Shown here: piece after piece, positions 39,572-42,583 of the stretch
Position numbering within the stretch: position 1 is the first letter of the stretch
How the letters are laid out: each line of letters starts with the position of its first letter
NCBI GenBank assembly: GCA_038203565.1
Contig: JBBRDV010000006.1
Span: 1 to 42,583 of the forward strand
Length of the DNA: 42,583 bases
Reading direction: 5' to 3'
DNA from: Atribacterota bacterium
GTDB taxonomy: Bacteria > Atribacterota > Phoenicimicrobiia > Phoenicimicrobiales > Phoenicimicrobiaceae
Position numbers and translations under genes: made by a program
Notes under the pieces: generated by a model
Told to the model about the DNA's origin: nothing
The model's input: only the letters and a program-made list of their open reading frames with translations
The model's database searches: none

Positions 39572-41026
39572 TCAGTCAATCTTCTCCACTTTTATCGGCA
39601 CATAATAAGTATGTTGATTACGAAAAACCAATAACAATAATGTATCTCCTGGTTCTAATTTGTTGATTATTTTTTCCCATTCCCCGATAGAAGATACTTC
39701 TGTTCGGTTTGCCTCTAATACTATGTCCTTTGGCTGTAAACCCTTATCATCCGCCGAACTTCCCGGGACCACTTCAGTAACTACCAACCCTTTTACCCAG
39801 GGCAATCCCAATTCTTTGGCAATTTCCGTAGTAACTGACTCTACTTTTAATCCAGTTTGTACTGAAAATACCTTTTCTTTAGTAGAAGCACTTCCTTCTA
39901 CTTCCACAGTAGGCATCTCACCTATTTTTACTATAAAGGAAATTGCTTCACCGTTTCGCATAATTTCGATATTTGCTTCTTTACCAATCTCTATATTTCC
40001 TATTTTATCTTGAAGTTCACCGGGGGAATTTACCTCTTCATTATTCACTTTCTTAATAATATCTCCTGTTTTTATCCCGACTTCTTCTGCTGGGCTGTTT
40101 TTCACTACGTCTCCCACTAATACACCTTTGGCTTCTGTTTGGTTAAATTGTTTGGCAATTTCTGGAGTCACTTCTTGAATATATACACCTAACCATGATC
40201 TTAATACCTTGCCAAAATTAATTAAATCATCTATATTTTTCTTGGCAATATTAATAGGAATAGCAAATCCAATACCCTGAGCAAAAGGAATAATTGCGGT
40301 ATTTATTCCCACAACTTCTCCTTTGCTATTGAGTAAGGGACCACCACTATTCCCAGGATTTATAGCCGCATCCGTTTGAATAAAATCTTTATATACATGT
40401 CCTTCTGTACCTGCAGGAATAGAACGGCCTTTAGCACTAACTACACCCATGGTTACAGTTTGTTGAAGTCCATAAGGATTACCAATGGCAACTACAATTT
40501 CTCCTACTCTTAATGTATCTGAATCACCTAAAGCTACCATAGGCAAATGATCTGCTTGTATCTTTACAATAGCCATATCCGAAGTTACATCTGATCCAAT
40601 GACTTCTCCAGTAAATTCTCTCCCATCAGATAGAGTAACTTTTATCTTATCAGCATTGTGGACTACATGTTCATTGGTAATGATATATCCTTCCTGGTTA
40701 ATAATAAACCCGGAGCCAGTGCCTTTTTGAGGAATTGTTCTGGTATACTCATTAAATTGGTCTCCAAAAAAACGTCCAAATATGGGATCATTTGAAAAAG
40801 GATTTTGAGTTTCTACCATTCTTACTGTATCTATATTCACTACTGCCGGACCGTTCTTTTCTGCTATATCTGCAATACCATTACTAAAAGATTCTAGTGC
40901 CAAATAAGAATTAGCTTGTTCGGCTTCTGCACTTACACTACCTGCCCAGCTTACACAAAGAAGAAAGACTAAGGCTGTGACAAGAATCATATTTCTATTT
41001 ATTTTTATTAATTTTATTTTTATCAT
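39572..41026 (-). CDS. degP: DegP/DegQ (HtrA) serine protease with two PDZ domains
   Basis: GSGFII, TNEHV, INPGNSGGPL, signal peptide. Probable ATG at 41026 after GAGGTG. Confidence 0.93.
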   Translation of the reverse strand: MIKIKLIKINRNMILVTALVFLLCVSWAGSVSAEAEQANSYLALESFSNGIADIAEKNGPAVVNIDTVRMVETQNPFSNDPIFGRFFGDQFNEYTRTIPQKGTGSGFIINQEGYIITNEHVVHNADKIKVTLSDGREFTGEVIGSDVTSDMAIVKIQADHLPMVALGDSDTLRVGEIVVAIGNPYGLQQTVTMGVVSAKGRSIPAGTEGHVYKDFIQTDAAINPGNSGGPLLNSKGEVVGINTAIIPFAQGIGFAIPINIAKKNIDDLINFGKVLRSWLGVYIQEVTPEIAKQFNQTEAKGVLVGDVVKNSPAEEVGIKTGDIIKKVNNEEVNSPGELQDKIGNIEIGKEANIEIMRNGEAISFIVKIGEMPTVEVEGSASTKEKVFSVQTGLKVESVTTEIAKELGLPWVKGLVVTEVVPGSSADDKGLQPKDIVLEANRTEVSSIGEWEKIINKLEPGDTLLLLVFRNQHTYYVPIKVEKID

Positions 41027-41116
41027 TTTATATTTACACCTCGTTATAAAATTATTAGAGGGGAGAAAAGCATTTATTCTCCCCACTGTTTATATTTATT
41101 ATTCATTTCTTTTTAT

Positions 41117-41665
41117 TTACCAACAATAATTCTTCATCATTTTATCCCTACCCATGCCCATTTTTTGGTAAGAAAATATTTGGGAAGGAACACCTAATGG
41201 TAATTTAGCTTGTTGTTCAGGAGTTAACAATCCTTTAATCTCTAAATACCTTTCAATTGTTTTAACCCTGATTTCAACCTGCAACCCAGCAATTTCTTCA
41301 TATTTTGCTTTAATTTTTGTCATCTCAGTAAGCGGCTGTAACAATAATACTTTAACTTCCAGCTCTTTTATCTGAAGACTATTCCTAAGCTCAAGAGTAT
41401 TTTTTTGAAAATCTAACAGAGTTTTATTAATTTCAGCTATTTGTTCTTCGGTTAGATTTAAAGATTTGATAAACTCTTCCATCTTCATATCAGGGTTAGC
41501 TTTTATTCTTTTATCCATCATTTCTCTAAATTCACCACTTTTATACGGTAGCATCTTCTGTTTCATACAGGGTTTATTTTCTTGAGCATAAATAGATTGA
41601 GTAAGACCCAAAAACACCACGGTTATTGCTATAATCAGGGTTAGGATAACCAGTTTCTTTTTCAT
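41117..41665 (-). CDS. Spy/CpxP/ZraP family periplasmic protein
   Basis: Signal peptide; LNLTEEQ and LTPEQ (LTXXQ) motifs. Confidence 0.85.
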   Translation of the reverse strand: MKKKLVILTLIIAITVVFLGLTQSIYAQENKPCMKQKMLPYKSGEFREMMDKRIKANPDMKMEEFIKSLNLTEEQIAEINKTLLDFQKNTLELRNSLQIKELEVKVLLLQPLTEMTKIKAKYEEIAGLQVEIRVKTIERYLEIKGLLTPEQQAKLPLGVPSQIFSYQKMGMGRDKMMKNYCW

Positions 41666-41708
41666 CTATATTCACCTCCTTTTAATTTTATTTCCTACCC
41701 TTTTATAG

Positions 41709-41726
41709 AAGCAATTACTGTGCCAA
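41709..41726 (-). promoter_or_regulatory. Sigma54 (-24/-12) promoter
   Basis: TTGGCACAGTAATTGCTT matches TGGCAC-N5-TTGC. Confidence 0.88.
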
Positions 41727-41971
41727 TTTTTGAGAATTGCCTTTTAAATTTTTAATATTTAAAAAATAATTTCTGAAATATGAAGTAAATAAACTGTTCT
41801 AGAAACTTTGCTTAAATATTACGGGGCAAATCTTTTTAAGATCTTTCTTGCTTTCAGTAGTCGTCTTTATCAAAAAGAGCTAACTTTTCTCACTTTTTCA
41901 TAAAAATACTGTGCAATTTTTTCTCAAAAAAATATCTTTTGCCTTTTTAATACATCCTGAGTTAATCAGAC

Positions 41972-42517
41972 TTATCGGTCAAAGTAAATACTTTTACCAG
42001 TTACTGATAAGGGGATACCCATTACAAAATCCGCATCTATTAAACCTATTTTTTTGGCAACTACTCCGGCCCGATACATTATTCGATTGTCTACATTCAT
42101 TATTCCGGCAGTTTTAACCGCTGACCCAATGGCAATTCCCATATCCAAAATCCTAAAAGCACATTGAGGTCCATCAAATTCAATACCCTTATGGGAATTT
42201 CGGTCAGCACACTGGTCATACCCGCAGGCACCACAATTCACGCCTAATGAAGCAGCATCTTTTATTCCTATCAATAAAACAGATAGGGAATTTTTAACAT
42301 TGGCACCATCACGGTCAAAATTTTTCTTACCCATCTCTTCACCATAACTGACCATTTCTTTGGCTAACTTGATTACATCTTCTCCGTAAATTGCTTTAAC
42401 CACTACAAAGTCTTTACCTGCAGATTTTGGTGCTGTACGGGCAGCAATCCCCATTAAATTTGTTACATCCTTTATTGCTTCCTGGATATCAAATTCAGAC
42501 AAATTTTGATTAGACAT
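41972..42517 (-). CDS. DUF2148 ferredoxin-domain protein
   Basis: AARTAPK, NCGACGY..C, GPQC, DNRIMY, GKSIYFDR; ATG at 42517 after AAGGAGG. Confidence 0.88.
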   Translation of the reverse strand: MSNQNLSEFDIQEAIKDVTNLMGIAARTAPKSAGKDFVVVKAIYGEDVIKLAKEMVSYGEEMGKKNFDRDGANVKNSLSVLLIGIKDAASLGVNCGACGYDQCADRNSHKGIEFDGPQCAFRILDMGIAIGSAVKTAGIMNVDNRIMYRAGVVAKKIGLIDADFVMGIPLSVTGKSIYFDR

Positions 42518-42583
42518 TTTCTCAATTCCTCCTTGAATTAATTTTTTAATTCTCCAATTGACCAATAAAATTAGTTAGCTAGT

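Overview
AT-rich bacterial chromosomal segment, almost all on the minus strand. Gene style and order suggest a Firmicutes-like anaerobe, possibly Atribacterota; that assignment is an unverified inference. It is mostly housekeeping: 3' end of a PBP1A-like gene, mutS2-cvpA-pheT-pheS, rplT-rpmI-infC-thrS, six clustered tRNAs, ssb-leuS, an EF-G paralog, lipA, trxB, mobB, two Zn-dependent dehydrogenases, folT (THF riboswitch), guaB, nadABC, coaX-panT (pan RNA motif) and a sigma54 Zra-like envelope-stress locus. The most notable signal is non-coding. The leuS T-box riboswitch (Leu specifier CUC) has a complete tRNA-Ala(GGC) inside the loop of Stem III. The thrS T-box has only an antiterminator/terminator, with a six-tRNA operon where Stems I/II should be. 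The pheS T-box has a shortened Stem I. Also present: an unannotated 22-aa hydrophobic ORF with a SigH-like promoter and terminator, GTAG-type REP-like palindromes, 7/8-mer intergenic repeats and several deletion-scarred genes. All calls come from reading the sequence by eye; no searches were run.
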